Shown piece by piece: positions 20,170-30,338 of a DNA stretch of 64,000 nt; position 1 is the first letter of the stretch, and the number at the start of each line of letters is the position of its first letter. Both the position numbers and the translations under genes were made by a program. The notes under the pieces were generated by a model that was not told where the DNA came from, made no database searches, and saw only the letters and a program-made list of their open reading frames with translations. The DNA is from Fibrobacteria bacterium (GTDB taxonomy: Bacteria; Fibrobacterota; Fibrobacteria; UBA11236), in the NCBI GenBank assembly GCA_043745805.1, contig JAYTSD010000043.1:64001-128000 (forward strand), written 5' to 3'.

Positions 20170-22608
20170 ATGGAAATTAGTTTAAATTGGCTTAAAAAAT
20201 ATATAAACCTCGACGCTTCGGTTGAAGCTATTTCTACTGCATTAACTTCAGTAGGCTTTGAAGTAGAAGGTATGCAGTCTTTGGGTGGAGAGGCTCAAGG
20301 CGTTGTGTCTGCGGAAGTGCTTACTTGCAGTAAACATCCCGATGCGGATAAATTATCCTTATGCACGGTAACCGATGGCACCGAAACTTTTCCGGTGGTA
20401 TGCGGTGCGCCTAATGTGGCCGCCGGCCAAAAAGTTTTACTCGCTAAAATCGGTGCGTCTTTGCCGAGCGGTTTAAAAATTAAAAAAGGCAAAATCCGTG
20501 GCGAAGAAAGTTTCGGTATGCTTTGTGCCGAAGATGAACTCGGCCTAGGTGACAGTCATGAGGGTATTTTAGTATTGCCGCCTGAAACCCCTTTAGGCAT
20601 TAGCTTACAGGAATTGCCTGGCTTAACGGATACGCGTTTTGAATTGAATGTCACGCCCAATCGTCCCGATGGTTTATGCCATGTTGGCATTGCTCGCGAA
20701 TTGGCCGCCCATTTTCAAGTTCCTTTACAATACCCTTTGTTTCAGCTTCAGGAAAAAGGTCCGGCTATTAACTCCTTAGTTACGGTAACCGTAGAGGATC
20801 AAGAGGGATGCAGTAATTATACGGGTCGCGTTATTCAGGGCATTAAAGTAGGCCCTAGTCCAACTTGGTTAAAAGCCGCGCTTAAAAGCCTCGGCAAAAA
20901 AAGCATCAATAATGTGGTCGATCTCACTAATTATGTATTACTAGAATTTGGACAACCTTCGCATGCTTTTGATTTGAAGAAAATCCATGATCGACAAATC
21001 ACCATTCGTCGCAGCCGCGATCAGGAAAAATTGACGACTTTAGATGGCATAGAACGTCAATTAGCAATTAGCGATTTAATTATTGCCGATGGCAATGGCC
21101 CTGTTTGCTTAGCTGGTGTTATGGGTGGCTTAGGTAGTGGAGTGGATGAAAACACCACGGATATTTTTTTAGAAGTGGCTTATTTTCAACCCGCAGGTAT
21201 TCGTCGTCAAGCCAAGCGTCATGGTTTAAGCAGCGATTCTTCGTATCGTTTTGAACGCGGCGTAGATCCTTTGCATACCGCTTGGGTAAGTGATTATTTA
21301 GCCGCCTCCATTGTTGCTATGGCTGGTGGAGAAGTGGCTCAGGGACAAATTCGTATTCAAGCAAGCCAACATCCCGTGACCCATCATAAAATAACTTTGC
21401 GACCTGAACGCGTAGCAAAAGTTTTGGGTAAAACTTTGGATTCCGATACTATTGTTCGATACTTAACTGGGCTTGAATTAAAGCTGGTTAGCATTGATGA
21501 TGCCGGCGCGTTTACTTTTGAGATCCCTGGTTATCGCGTGGACTTAGAAGTGGAAGTGGACTTGATCGAAGAATTAGCTCGTTTACATAATTTTAATCAA
21601 ATCCCTACTACTTTACCGAAAGTGGCTTTGTCTTTTAAGGCTTTGCCACCGATTGAAAAAGTGTCGCGTGCGATACGACATTGGTTAGAAGCGCAAGGTT
21701 TGCAAGAAACTTTGCATTTACGTTTTTCAGCACGTAAGCTTTTGGATCAAATGCTTTTGCCGGATAATGATTTGCGTCGTAAGTTCGTGCCTTTACGAAA
21801 TCCATTAAGCGAAGAATGGGAAATATTACCGTCTACACTTTGGCCAAGTCTGTTTAATTCCATTGGCTATAATCAAAACAATCAAGAAAAAACCTGTCGT
21901 TTTTTTGAAATTAGCAAAGCCTTTTTTCAAACTGACGAAACACGTGGGGAACGGTCTTCAGGAGTTACGGAAGAAGATGTGCTGTCTATCGCCCTGACAG
22001 GAGAATGGAAAGATTGCTCTTGGAGTTCCGATGCGGCTACGGTGCAGTTTCATCATATTAAAGGCCTCATAGAAAATTTATTAGTGGCTTTGAAATTAAA
22101 TGCGGAAATCGTTCCGCCTTCGCGCGAAGCTTTTTTGCATCCGGTAGAATCTGCGGACATTGTTTTACGTAAAGGCAGTACTTTTACCAAAATTGGCAGT
22201 TTAGGAGTTTTGCATCCTCAAGTTAAATCCAATTTTGATTTAAAGGGATCCGTAGTGATAGCAGAATTGTCTTTAAGCAAAATTTTATCTGCGGCATTTG
22301 CTTTACCTACTTTTAAACCCTTCGGAAATTTTTCGGCTTCGTCACGGGATATTAATGTATTAGTGGATGAATCCATAAGTCATGGCGAAATTTTGAGCAA
22401 AATCCCTCGGCAAAATATTCCTTTATTGCGTGAGATAAAACTCAATAGTATTTATCGGGGCCAAGGTGTCCTTGAAGGTAAAAAGGCCTTACATTATACT
22501 TTGGTATTTCAACATGCGGAAAAAACCTTAACGGATGAAGAGGTGAATACCGCAAAGGAGAAGGTTTCCAAAGCATTGCTGGCTGATGGACGTATTGTTT
22601 TTAAATAA
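20170..22608 (+). CDS. pheT: phenylalanine--tRNA ligase beta subunit
   Basis: HPDADKL, VCGAPNV, TPNRPD, RFERGVD, C-terminal anticodon-binding domain. Confidence 0.97.
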   Translation: MEISLNWLKKYINLDASVEAISTALTSVGFEVEGMQSLGGEAQGVVSAEVLTCSKHPDADKLSLCTVTDGTETFPVVCGAPNVAAGQKVLLAKIGASLPSGLKIKKGKIRGEESFGMLCAEDELGLGDSHEGILVLPPETPLGISLQELPGLTDTRFELNVTPNRPDGLCHVGIARELAAHFQVPLQYPLFQLQEKGPAINSLVTVTVEDQEGCSNYTGRVIQGIKVGPSPTWLKAALKSLGKKSINNVVDLTNYVLLEFGQPSHAFDLKKIHDRQITIRRSRDQEKLTTLDGIERQLAISDLIIADGNGPVCLAGVMGGLGSGVDENTTDIFLEVAYFQPAGIRRQAKRHGLSSDSSYRFERGVDPLHTAWVSDYLAASIVAMAGGEVAQGQIRIQASQHPVTHHKITLRPERVAKVLGKTLDSDTIVRYLTGLELKLVSIDDAGAFTFEIPGYRVDLEVEVDLIEELARLHNFNQIPTTLPKVALSFKALPPIEKVSRAIRHWLEAQGLQETLHLRFSARKLLDQMLLPDNDLRRKFVPLRNPLSEEWEILPSTLWPSLFNSIGYNQNNQEKTCRFFEISKAFFQTDETRGERSSGVTEEDVLSIALTGEWKDCSWSSDAATVQFHHIKGLIENLLVALKLNAEIVPPSREAFLHPVESADIVLRKGSTFTKIGSLGVLHPQVKSNFDLKGSVVIAELSLSKILSAAFALPTFKPFGNFSASSRDINVLVDESISHGEILSKIPRQNIPLLREIKLNSIYRGQGVLEGKKALHYTLVFQHAEKTLTDEEVNTAKEKVSKALLADGRIVFK

Positions 22609-22717
22609 GTAAACTCTGACATTTTGTCGAAAAAAATCCTAAGATTTAAGTGAGATTGCAGAGAATAATTCTTTTCTATGGCCTTATGAGGCTGGGTACA
22701 TTAAAATAGGAGTTAAT

Positions 22718-22984
22718 ATGGACATTGCAGAATTCGAAGCCTTAGCCAAAAAAGTTGAGTTAGCGGTGAATATCATTTCTGGCCTTAAGCAAGAAAAAGA
22801 AGTGCTAACTAAAGACCTCGCCTCGGTTATGGAAATGAATAAAAAATTAGAAACGCAATTGGGACATAAAGAACAAGAGCTCTCGCATTTGAAAAATGAA
22901 TTGTCGCATAAAAGTGAAAATATTCATCAAGCGGGAGAAAAAGTGCGCGATATGGTGTCTCGCCTAGAAGCGGCATTAGCTTAA
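22718..22984 (+). CDS. zapB: coiled-coil cell division protein, ZapB-like
   Basis: 88-aa heptad coiled coil directly upstream of zapA. Confidence 0.7.
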   Translation: MDIAEFEALAKKVELAVNIISGLKQEKEVLTKDLASVMEMNKKLETQLGHKEQELSHLKNELSHKSENIHQAGEKVRDMVSRLEAALA

Positions 22985-22991
22985 TAAAGAT

Positions 22992-23297
22992 ATGGAAAAA
23001 CTAGAGCATTCTTATAGAGTCACTATTTGCGGAGAGAATTTCCAAATGAAATCCGATCAGCCTCCGCAAGTGATCGAAAGAATTGCGGGATTTTTGGATT
23101 TTAAAATTAAAGAAGTCAGCAAAGGCGCGATAAACGCCGATAAATTTCGCTTAGTGGTTTTGGCCGCTATGAATATTTCAGGTGAACTTTTTGATATTAA
23201 AAACAAATCGGAGGAAAGCGAAAAGCAAGGATATCAAATACTGGAAAAGTCTCGCGCTTTAAACGAAAGTTTGGATCGCGCTTTGAAGCCAGTATAA
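22992..23297 (+). CDS. zapA: cell division protein ZapA
   Basis: VTICGENF, IAGFLDFKI, VLAAMNIS pattern; pheT-zapB-zapA-6S synteny. Confidence 0.9.
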   Translation: MEKLEHSYRVTICGENFQMKSDQPPQVIERIAGFLDFKIKEVSKGAINADKFRLVVLAAMNISGELFDIKNKSEESEKQGYQILEKSRALNESLDRALKPV

Positions 23298-23303
23298 AAT
23301 ATT

Positions 23304-23483
23304 AATAGAAATAGACTCTGTCGCACGCACAAGTGTCTCGACTTACAACCTACTATAAAATATTGAGACTTCCGAACGACTAGTGCAAGCCCCCTTGAGG
23401 GGAAGCGCGAACCGAGCGGGGCTCATAATAATGTTCATAGAAGGGTCCGAGTAACTGTGCGATAAGCCGGCAGAGTTTCTATT
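23304..23483 (+). ncRNA. ssrS: 6S RNA
   Basis: About 180 nt directly after zapA; terminal stem AATAGAAA..GACTCTGTCG pairs with CGGCAGAGTTTCTATT; canonical syntenic position. Confidence 0.75.
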
Positions 23484-23545
23484 TTAGGGATTTTTACTTC
23501 CTCTATTTTCACTTCAATTTTAATCACTATTTACTTGGATTTATC

Positions 23546-24427
23546 ATGGCCATTTTAATCGACGGAAAAAAAACCGCAGCCGATATTCGGGAAAACTTAA
23601 AAGCGCGCGTGCAAGCTTTAGCGCAAAAAAATATACAGCCAGGATTGAGTGTTACCCTAGTGGGTGAAGATGCGGCTTCCAAAGTATATGTGGCGCAAAA
23701 GGATGCAGCGGCTTCGGACACCGGCATTAAAGCATGGACGCATAAATTTCCTGCGGATGTTTCGGAAGCGGAACTTGTTGAGCACATGCTCTCAGAAAAC
23801 AAAAATCCTCTGGTACATGGCATTTTATTGCAATTGCCTTTGCCTAAACATTTAAATGAAGAAAAATTATTGAATTTAATTGCGGTGGAAAAAGATGTGG
23901 ATGGTTTTCATGCCATGAATCTCGGCAACTTGGTCCTAAATCGTCCTTGTTTTAAATCCTGCACGCCTTGGGGTGTGCAAGTATTAATGCAAACCTATGG
24001 TTTGGATCCTGCGGGTAAGCATGTGGTGATAGTGGGCCGCTCCAATATTGTCGGTAAACCTTTAGCGAATATGCTTATTCAAAAAGCGGAATGGGCTAAT
24101 GCTACCGTGACGGTTTGCCATGCGGCAACGCCTGATATTGCTTATTTCACACGTCAAGCGGATGTTTTAATTGCTGCGGTGGGTAAACCGGAATTAATTC
24201 GCGGCGATATGGTTAAAGAGGGTGTTATTGCTTTAGATGTTGGCGTAAATCGCGTTCCTAGTGCATCCACTAAGTCGGGCTTTAAGCTGGTGGGAGATAT
24301 TCATTTTGAATCGGTGGCTGCCAAGGCTAGTTATATTACGCCCGTGCCTGGTGGAGTAGGGCCGATGACCATTGCTATGCTGCTTACCAACACGGTTCTT
24401 TCGGCAGAAAGGCATAGTCAAAATTAA
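23546..24427 (+). CDS. folD: methylenetetrahydrofolate dehydrogenase/cyclohydrolase
   Basis: GILLQLPLP, EKDVDGFH, CTPWG, GRSNIVGKP, TPVPGGVGPMT. Confidence 0.97.
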   Translation: MAILIDGKKTAADIRENLKARVQALAQKNIQPGLSVTLVGEDAASKVYVAQKDAAASDTGIKAWTHKFPADVSEAELVEHMLSENKNPLVHGILLQLPLPKHLNEEKLLNLIAVEKDVDGFHAMNLGNLVLNRPCFKSCTPWGVQVLMQTYGLDPAGKHVVIVGRSNIVGKPLANMLIQKAEWANATVTVCHAATPDIAYFTRQADVLIAAVGKPELIRGDMVKEGVIALDVGVNRVPSASTKSGFKLVGDIHFESVAAKASYITPVPGGVGPMTIAMLLTNTVLSAERHSQN

Positions 24428-24511
24428 GATTCAGGATAATTGAGTTTTTGCCCTTTTTCTCACAATTGAGCGAAGCTAAACGAGATTTTTTTGTTATTTT
24501 TGCACGGTTAA

Positions 24512-25396
24512 ATGAAAAATGTTGAGACTGCCATTACGGTGGAAGATTATTTAAAGAAAACCTCTGCTGCAGTCAACGCGGCTTTGGAAAAACATTTACC
24601 TCCCGAAACCGAACAACCTACTGATTTACATAAAGCAGTGCGCTATTCCATTTTTGCCGGTGGCAAACGTTTACGTCCAGCTTTAGCTTTGGCGGCCTTC
24701 GAAGCCTGTAATGGAAACGGCGACGCGATTTGGTATGCCACTTCCGCATTGGAAATGTTACATACCTTTTCCTTAATTCACGATGATTTACCCTGCATGG
24801 ACGATGATGATTTTCGTCGTGGCCGTCCCACTAGTCACAAAGTTTTTGGCGAAGCCATTGCCGTATTAGCGGGTGACTCCTTATGTATTTATGCTTTTGA
24901 ATTATTAGCCAAAACGGGTAATGCCAAATGTATTGAAACCTTAGCTAAAGCTTTAGGAACGCATGGTATGTTGGGTGGACAAGTTGTCGATATTCAAAGC
25001 GAAGGCAAAAAAGTCAGCTTAGAAACTGTTGATTATATTCATTATCATAAAACCGCCGCCTTGATTGCAGCGTCCTTGGTTATTGGCGCACAGCTCGCAG
25101 AGGCCGATGCAAAAATTATTGCGGGACTAGAATCCTTTGGAAATAAAATCGGTTTAGCTTTTCAAATTGTCGATGACATTTTGGATTTGGAGCAAACGAC
25201 TGAAGAGTTAGGTAAAGACGCGGGTTCCGATTTGGAAAAAGGCAAAGCGACTTATCCTGCCGTGTTGGGTTTGGTTGAGAGCAAACAAGCCGCACGAAAA
25301 TTAATTGAAGAGGCAAATGCCGAATTAAGTTTGTTGCCTATTCAGAGCGACTTTCTGCCTTTATTGGCAAATTACATCATCACCAGAGTGCATTAA
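24512..25396 (+). CDS. ispA: farnesyl/geranyl diphosphate synthase
   Basis: GGKRLRP, HDDLPCMDDDDFRRG (FARM), FQIVDDILD (SARM). Confidence 0.93.
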   Translation: MKNVETAITVEDYLKKTSAAVNAALEKHLPPETEQPTDLHKAVRYSIFAGGKRLRPALALAAFEACNGNGDAIWYATSALEMLHTFSLIHDDLPCMDDDDFRRGRPTSHKVFGEAIAVLAGDSLCIYAFELLAKTGNAKCIETLAKALGTHGMLGGQVVDIQSEGKKVSLETVDYIHYHKTAALIAASLVIGAQLAEADAKIIAGLESFGNKIGLAFQIVDDILDLEQTTEELGKDAGSDLEKGKATYPAVLGLVESKQAARKLIEEANAELSLLPIQSDFLPLLANYIITRVH

Positions 25397-25409
25397 ATTT
25401 AAGGTTCAC

Positions 25410-27305
25410 ATGTTGGAAAATATTAATTCCCCTGCCGACTTGCGCGCATTATCCATAGCTGAATTAAAAGATTTAGCGAAAGAGATGCGTGAAGTAATTG
25501 TTAAGCAGGTGGCAGCTACAGGTGGGCATTTGGCTTCGAATCTCGGCACCGTCGAGTTAACCTTGGCTTTACATAAACTTTATAATACTCCGGAAGATAA
25601 AATTGTATGGGATGTGGGCCATCAAGCCTATCCACATAAATTAGTTACGGGTCGTTTCAAAGAGTTTCATACCTTAAAACAGTATGGTGGCTTAAGCGGT
25701 TTTTTAAAACGCAGTGAAAGTATTTATGATACTTTTGGTGCGGGTCATGCAACGACATCTTTGTCCGCTGCTTTGGGCATGGCTTCGGCGCGTACGCAGT
25801 TGAAAAAAACTTTTGATGTGGTTGCGGTTATTGGTGATGGCGCTATGACCGGTGGCATGGCTTATGAAGCCTTGAATAATGCGGGCGAAACCGAAGAGAA
25901 TATTACCTTCGTGCTCAATGATAATAAAATGTCTATCGCTAAAAATTTAGGCGCGATGTCTAAATATTTAAATCGTATTATTTCTAACCCCATGTACAAT
26001 CGCCTCAAAGACGATATTTGGGATTTTACCGGCAAGTTACCCCGTGGCAAAGATTTGCAAAAAATCGCTAGCCGTATGGATGAAAGCTTTAAGAAAATTT
26101 TAATGCCCGGTGGTTTTTTTGAAGACTTAGGTATTCGTTATTTTGGTCCAGTGGAAGGACATAATCTCGATGACCTGCTAGAACTTTTTGAAGCAGTAAA
26201 AAAAATGCCTGGCCCAAAACTGGTGCATGTGGTTACCACTAAAGGTTATGGTTGGGATAAGAGCGAAGCCGATTCTATTAAATGGCATGCGTCTAATCCT
26301 TTTGATATTGAATCCGGTAAGCCTAAAGCCGCTCCGGCTAAGACGCCTACTCTAACAACCGTGTTTGGTGATGCTTTATTGGAAATCGCTAAAACCGATG
26401 AAAAAGTGATTGCTATCACAGGTGCTATGCCGGAAGGCTGTGGCGTGCACATTATGCAAAAGGAATTACCAAGCCGCGTATATGATGTGGGTATTGCCGA
26501 ACAATATGCCGTAACCTTTGCTGCCGGTATGGCTTGCGAAGGCATTAAGCCGGTGGTTGCCGTTTATTCAACATTTTTACAACGTGCATTCGATCAAATT
26601 GTGCATGATGTTTCGATGCAACATTTGAATGTGATTTTTGTACTTGACCGCGCGGGCGTGGTAGGCTTGGATGGCGCGACACATCATGGTTCATTAGATC
26701 TAAGCTATTTGCGTATGATTCAGGATATGACCATATTGGCTCCCTCGGATGAAGTGGAATTGCGCAATGCGCTTTATACCGCTTATAAATTTGAAAATGG
26801 TCCGATTGCTTTACGTTACCCTCGCGGTAATGCTTTTGCTCCGGATGCCAAGGCTAAATTTGAAGTTTGGCCTTTTGCTAAACCTCGCATTATGCAAGAG
26901 GGTGAAGAGTTAATTATTTTGGCTGTGGGGCATATGCTAGCACACGCCCTTAAAGCCGCAGAAAAATTGCAAGAGCAAGGTTATAAGCCCACCATTGTGG
27001 ATGTCCGTTGGGTAAAGCCTTTGGATAAAAACGCTTATGCGAATTTCTTTGCAAAACATAAATTGGTATTAACGATTGAAGACAATGTGGTTGCTGGCGG
27101 TTACGGTAGCGGCGTCTCTGAGTTAATGTCCGAATTAGGGGTAACCGATGTGTTAATTAAACATATGGGACTTCCAGATGAATTCGTCACCCATGGCGAT
27201 ATTCCTACCCTGCACAAAATCCTCGGCCTGGATGCTGATGGTATTTATCAAAAGGCGCTGGAAATGCTTTCGTCCGTTTCTGCGCACACCCGAAATAAAA
27301 ACTAA
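25410..27305 (+). CDS. dxs: 1-deoxy-D-xylulose-5-phosphate synthase
   Basis: GGHLASNLG, WDVGHQAY, GDGAMTGG, DVGIAEQ, DRAG. Confidence 0.97.
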   Translation: MLENINSPADLRALSIAELKDLAKEMREVIVKQVAATGGHLASNLGTVELTLALHKLYNTPEDKIVWDVGHQAYPHKLVTGRFKEFHTLKQYGGLSGFLKRSESIYDTFGAGHATTSLSAALGMASARTQLKKTFDVVAVIGDGAMTGGMAYEALNNAGETEENITFVLNDNKMSIAKNLGAMSKYLNRIISNPMYNRLKDDIWDFTGKLPRGKDLQKIASRMDESFKKILMPGGFFEDLGIRYFGPVEGHNLDDLLELFEAVKKMPGPKLVHVVTTKGYGWDKSEADSIKWHASNPFDIESGKPKAAPAKTPTLTTVFGDALLEIAKTDEKVIAITGAMPEGCGVHIMQKELPSRVYDVGIAEQYAVTFAAGMACEGIKPVVAVYSTFLQRAFDQIVHDVSMQHLNVIFVLDRAGVVGLDGATHHGSLDLSYLRMIQDMTILAPSDEVELRNALYTAYKFENGPIALRYPRGNAFAPDAKAKFEVWPFAKPRIMQEGEELIILAVGHMLAHALKAAEKLQEQGYKPTIVDVRWVKPLDKNAYANFFAKHKLVLTIEDNVVAGGYGSGVSELMSELGVTDVLIKHMGLPDEFVTHGDIPTLHKILGLDADGIYQKALEMLSSVSAHTRNKN

Positions 27306-28771
27306 TGACTACTAATCAAGACAATCACGGGGACGAAAAACGTCCTTCCAAAAAAACTCCTTTCGATTTCGCTGGCTTCAAGCCACAAAAGGCCAAGGAA
27401 GGAGCTCCCGAAAGAAAAACTTTCAAACCTCGTGAAGGCGGATCCGACAGACCGGAACGTAAATCTGAAGGTCGCTCGTATGGTGACAAACCGGAACGCA
27501 AAGCTTTTGGCAGCGGAGATCGCAAGCCTTATGAATCCAGAACTCCACGCGAAGGGGGTTCCTATAATAACCGTGATGGAGCGAGACCAGCGCGTCCTTA
27601 TGGAGCGAGCTCTGGCGGCGATCGTAAACCCTATGCACCTCGTGAAGGCGGCGGTGATAAGCCCTTTAGAAAATCCTATGACAAACCTTTAAGCCCTCGC
27701 GGCGAAGGTCGTTCCTTTGCGCCACGCGAAGGCAGTCGTGACGGTGGCCGAGAAGGTGGACGCTCTTTTACTCCTCGCGAAGGTGGAAGAGAAAGCCGAC
27801 CTTTTACTCCACGTGAAGGTGGAAGAGAAAGCCGGCCTTTTACTCCACGTGAAGGCGGTCGTAGCTTTGATGGTGGTTTTAAAAAAGATGGTTTTGTTAA
27901 ACCCGGTATTAAAAAAACTTGGGAAGAAAGACCTAAACGTGAATTTAATAATCAACGCGATAATCGTGATGCTGCTTGGAAAGGTTCGCGTAATTTTGGC
28001 GAGCGTCGTCCTTTATCCGCATTAGCCAAAGCCTTTATCGGATTGAAAAGTGAAAAAGGACGCTTAGAAAATAGCCGCTTTATTCTCGAAGGTATTAAAA
28101 ATATTACGGACATTATTAATGTGTCTCCCGATATTTTACATGAGATTTTGTATTCCTCCGAATGCAATGAAAAAGAATTAATGACTTTGGCCAAAGCTAA
28201 AGGCGTGGCTTTAACCGAATGCAGCGTAGAAGATATTCAAGCCTTATGCGATACGGAAACGCATCAAGGAGCTTTAGCTATTGCTAATTTTGCGACTTTG
28301 CGTCCCGATTGGAATACCATTCGTTATGTAACTTTGCTCGATGGGGTACAAGATCCAGGTAATGTGGGCGCAATATTCCGCACTTCCTTAGCTTTGGGCA
28401 TGGATGCTGTGGTTTTAGGTAAAGGCACTTGCGAAGCTTATAATTCTAAAGTTGTACGTTCTTCAGTTGGCTCCTTAATGCGCTTACCTTTTGAAAGCGG
28501 CGTGGATTTAGGCAATAAGATTTCTTTCTTAAAGCAAAAAGGGTTTACGGTAGTAGCGACTTCACCGCATGCCAAAGAAACCTTAGATACCGCAAAGTTA
28601 CGTAAGAAAGTAGCGCTTTTAGTGGGTTCCGAGGGCGCTGGCGCCAATGAACGCTTTATGGCGATGGCTGATTCCGTGGTTTATATTCCGATGAAACAAA
28701 AAGTAGAATCCTTGAATGTTGCGGTAGCGCATGGGATACTATCCTATGCATTGGTCAATAAGCGAGATTAA
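27305..28771 (+). CDS. TrmH/SpoU family RNA methyltransferase with long low-complexity N-terminal extension
   Basis: C-terminal LDGVQDPGNVGAIFR, GSEGAG, IPM..VESLNVAVA; about 230-aa R/G/E/P-rich N-terminus. Confidence 0.9.
   Translation: MTTNQDNHGDEKRPSKKTPFDFAGFKPQKAKEGAPERKTFKPREGGSDRPERKSEGRSYGDKPERKAFGSGDRKPYESRTPREGGSYNNRDGARPARPYGASSGGDRKPYAPREGGGDKPFRKSYDKPLSPRGEGRSFAPREGSRDGGREGGRSFTPREGGRESRPFTPREGGRESRPFTPREGGRSFDGGFKKDGFVKPGIKKTWEERPKREFNNQRDNRDAAWKGSRNFGERRPLSALAKAFIGLKSEKGRLENSRFILEGIKNITDIINVSPDILHEILYSSECNEKELMTLAKAKGVALTECSVEDIQALCDTETHQGALAIANFATLRPDWNTIRYVTLLDGVQDPGNVGAIFRTSLALGMDAVVLGKGTCEAYNSKVVRSSVGSLMRLPFESGVDLGNKISFLKQKGFTVVATSPHAKETLDTAKLRKKVALLVGSEGAGANERFMAMADSVVYIPMKQKVESLNVAVAHGILSYALVNKRD
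27767..27859 (+). repeat. 36-bp coding tandem repeat (FTPREGGRESRP, about 2.6 copies)
   Basis: Units start at 27767, 27803 and 27839 with near-identical TTTACTCCwCGyGAAGGyGG. Confidence 0.85.
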
Positions 28772-28820
28772 GTTTTTTGTTCAGCACTTGTGAAATGATG
28801 ATGGAGCCATAGATTAAACT

Positions 28821-29411
28821 ATGCGTCTCCGTTATAATTCACCAGTAGTTCTTTCTTTCGCGCTAGTTGCTTTTTTAATTTTAATTCTTAATTCGCTGAC
28901 GGGAGATAAATTCACCTCGGCGTTTTTTGTGACTTATCCGCATTTTGATTGGACTTCGCCACTAGATTATTTTCGTTTGGTATCGCATGTTTTAGGACAT
29001 AAAAATTGGGCGCATCTTTCGGCCAATTTTTCGGTTATTCTTTTAATTGGCCCTATTCTCGAAGAGAAATATGGCTCCGCGAATTTAATGAAAATGATGC
29101 TTATCACCGCTTTAGTCACTGGCATTTTAAATTCCTTATTTTTTTCCAGCGGATTAATGGGAGCCAGCGGCTTAGCTTTTTTAATGATTCTATTGGGATC
29201 CTTCACTAATACCAAAGTAGGAGAAATACCACTTACTTTTATTTTAGTGTTGGTTTTATTTTTAGCCCAAGAATTTATTCGCGCCTTTGGGCAAGACGAT
29301 GTCAGCCAATTTGCACATATATTGGGTGGCATATCGGGATCGATTTTTGGATTTTTACATTCGCCAAAAAATGCGAGCGCAAGTCTATCTAAGCGTACCT
29401 TGCGATCTTAA
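28821..29411 (+). CDS. rhomboid family intramembrane serine protease
   Basis: HLSAN, GASG catalytic Ser, AHILGG catalytic His; multiple TM segments. Confidence 0.9.
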   Translation: MRLRYNSPVVLSFALVAFLILILNSLTGDKFTSAFFVTYPHFDWTSPLDYFRLVSHVLGHKNWAHLSANFSVILLIGPILEEKYGSANLMKMMLITALVTGILNSLFFSSGLMGASGLAFLMILLGSFTNTKVGEIPLTFILVLVLFLAQEFIRAFGQDDVSQFAHILGGISGSIFGFLHSPKNASASLSKRTLRS

Positions 29412-29445
29412 TCTCCTTAGAAAAAACCATCTACTTCAAAATTAA

Positions 29446-30090
29446 TTAAGCAAACTGCACAAAGCTTAGTACTTGCCCATGCACCATTTCTAAAGACTTA
29501 ATGGCTTTGTCCATGGCCAAATCTTTTTCTTGAAAACGCTTACGCAAACTAGCACAGATCACTTCTTTTAAAACTTCACAATCGTATAAAGCCCGATGCA
29601 ATTCGGCGCTATTCAAAGTGAGTTGCATTTGATCACTTAATTTTTTGGCTAAGTCACCCAATTTATGCGAAGAGTATTCGGGAAAAATTTTTCGCACTAC
29701 TTTTAAACTGTCGATAATAGGATTCTGTGGCATCACCATGCCGTGTTTACGAATAGCCTTACCCAAGAAGGCTGCATCAAAAGATGCATTATGGGCCACG
29801 AGCACAGTACTTAATCCACAAAAGCGCAGGAATTGGGCTATCACTAATTTTAACTCAGGAGCATCTTCTACCATTTTATTAGTAATATGATTAATCCGTG
29901 TAGCTTCTTCAGGAATAAATTTACTAGGCTTTACAAAGCTGGAATATTGCCCCAAAACTTTAGGTTGTAATTTCCCATCTTTTTTTTCCAAAGTGAATTT
30001 GACACCTGCGACTTCGATAATTTCTTCTTTTTCAGCATCGAGTCCGGTAGTTTCCAAATCGAAGGCAACAAAGGTAACAAAAGGGATCAA
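29446..30090 (-). CDS. DEDDh 3'-5' exonuclease (DnaQ-like)
   Basis: FDLETTG, AHNASFD, HRALYD motifs. Confidence 0.92.
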   Translation of the reverse strand: MIPFVTFVAFDLETTGLDAEKEEIIEVAGVKFTLEKKDGKLQPKVLGQYSSFVKPSKFIPEEATRINHITNKMVEDAPELKLVIAQFLRFCGLSTVLVAHNASFDAAFLGKAIRKHGMVMPQNPIIDSLKVVRKIFPEYSSHKLGDLAKKLSDQMQLTLNSAELHRALYDCEVLKEVICASLRKRFQEKDLAMDKAIKSLEMVHGQVLSFVQFA

Positions 30091-30338
30091 AGCTTACTCC
30101 TGTAATTTTCTCAGGAGGGAATATAGCAAGGATGAGGAGTGTGTTGGGGGTGAAAATGAGTAAAATGAAGCTACTAAATTTGCTAAAATTTAAGGGTAAG
30201 TTCTTTCGTCTTTCCAATTGGAATGCTTTTATTGCATTGGAGTCTAATAATGATACCGCTTATAAAATATCTATTATTTAGGAACCAAATATTTTGCGGA
30301 ATCGTCAAAACCAAAATACACTTACCGAGAAAGCCCTT

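Noticed and set aside
27700..27870. CRISPR-like array
   Set aside because: In-frame coding tandem repeats with no unique spacers; no cas genes
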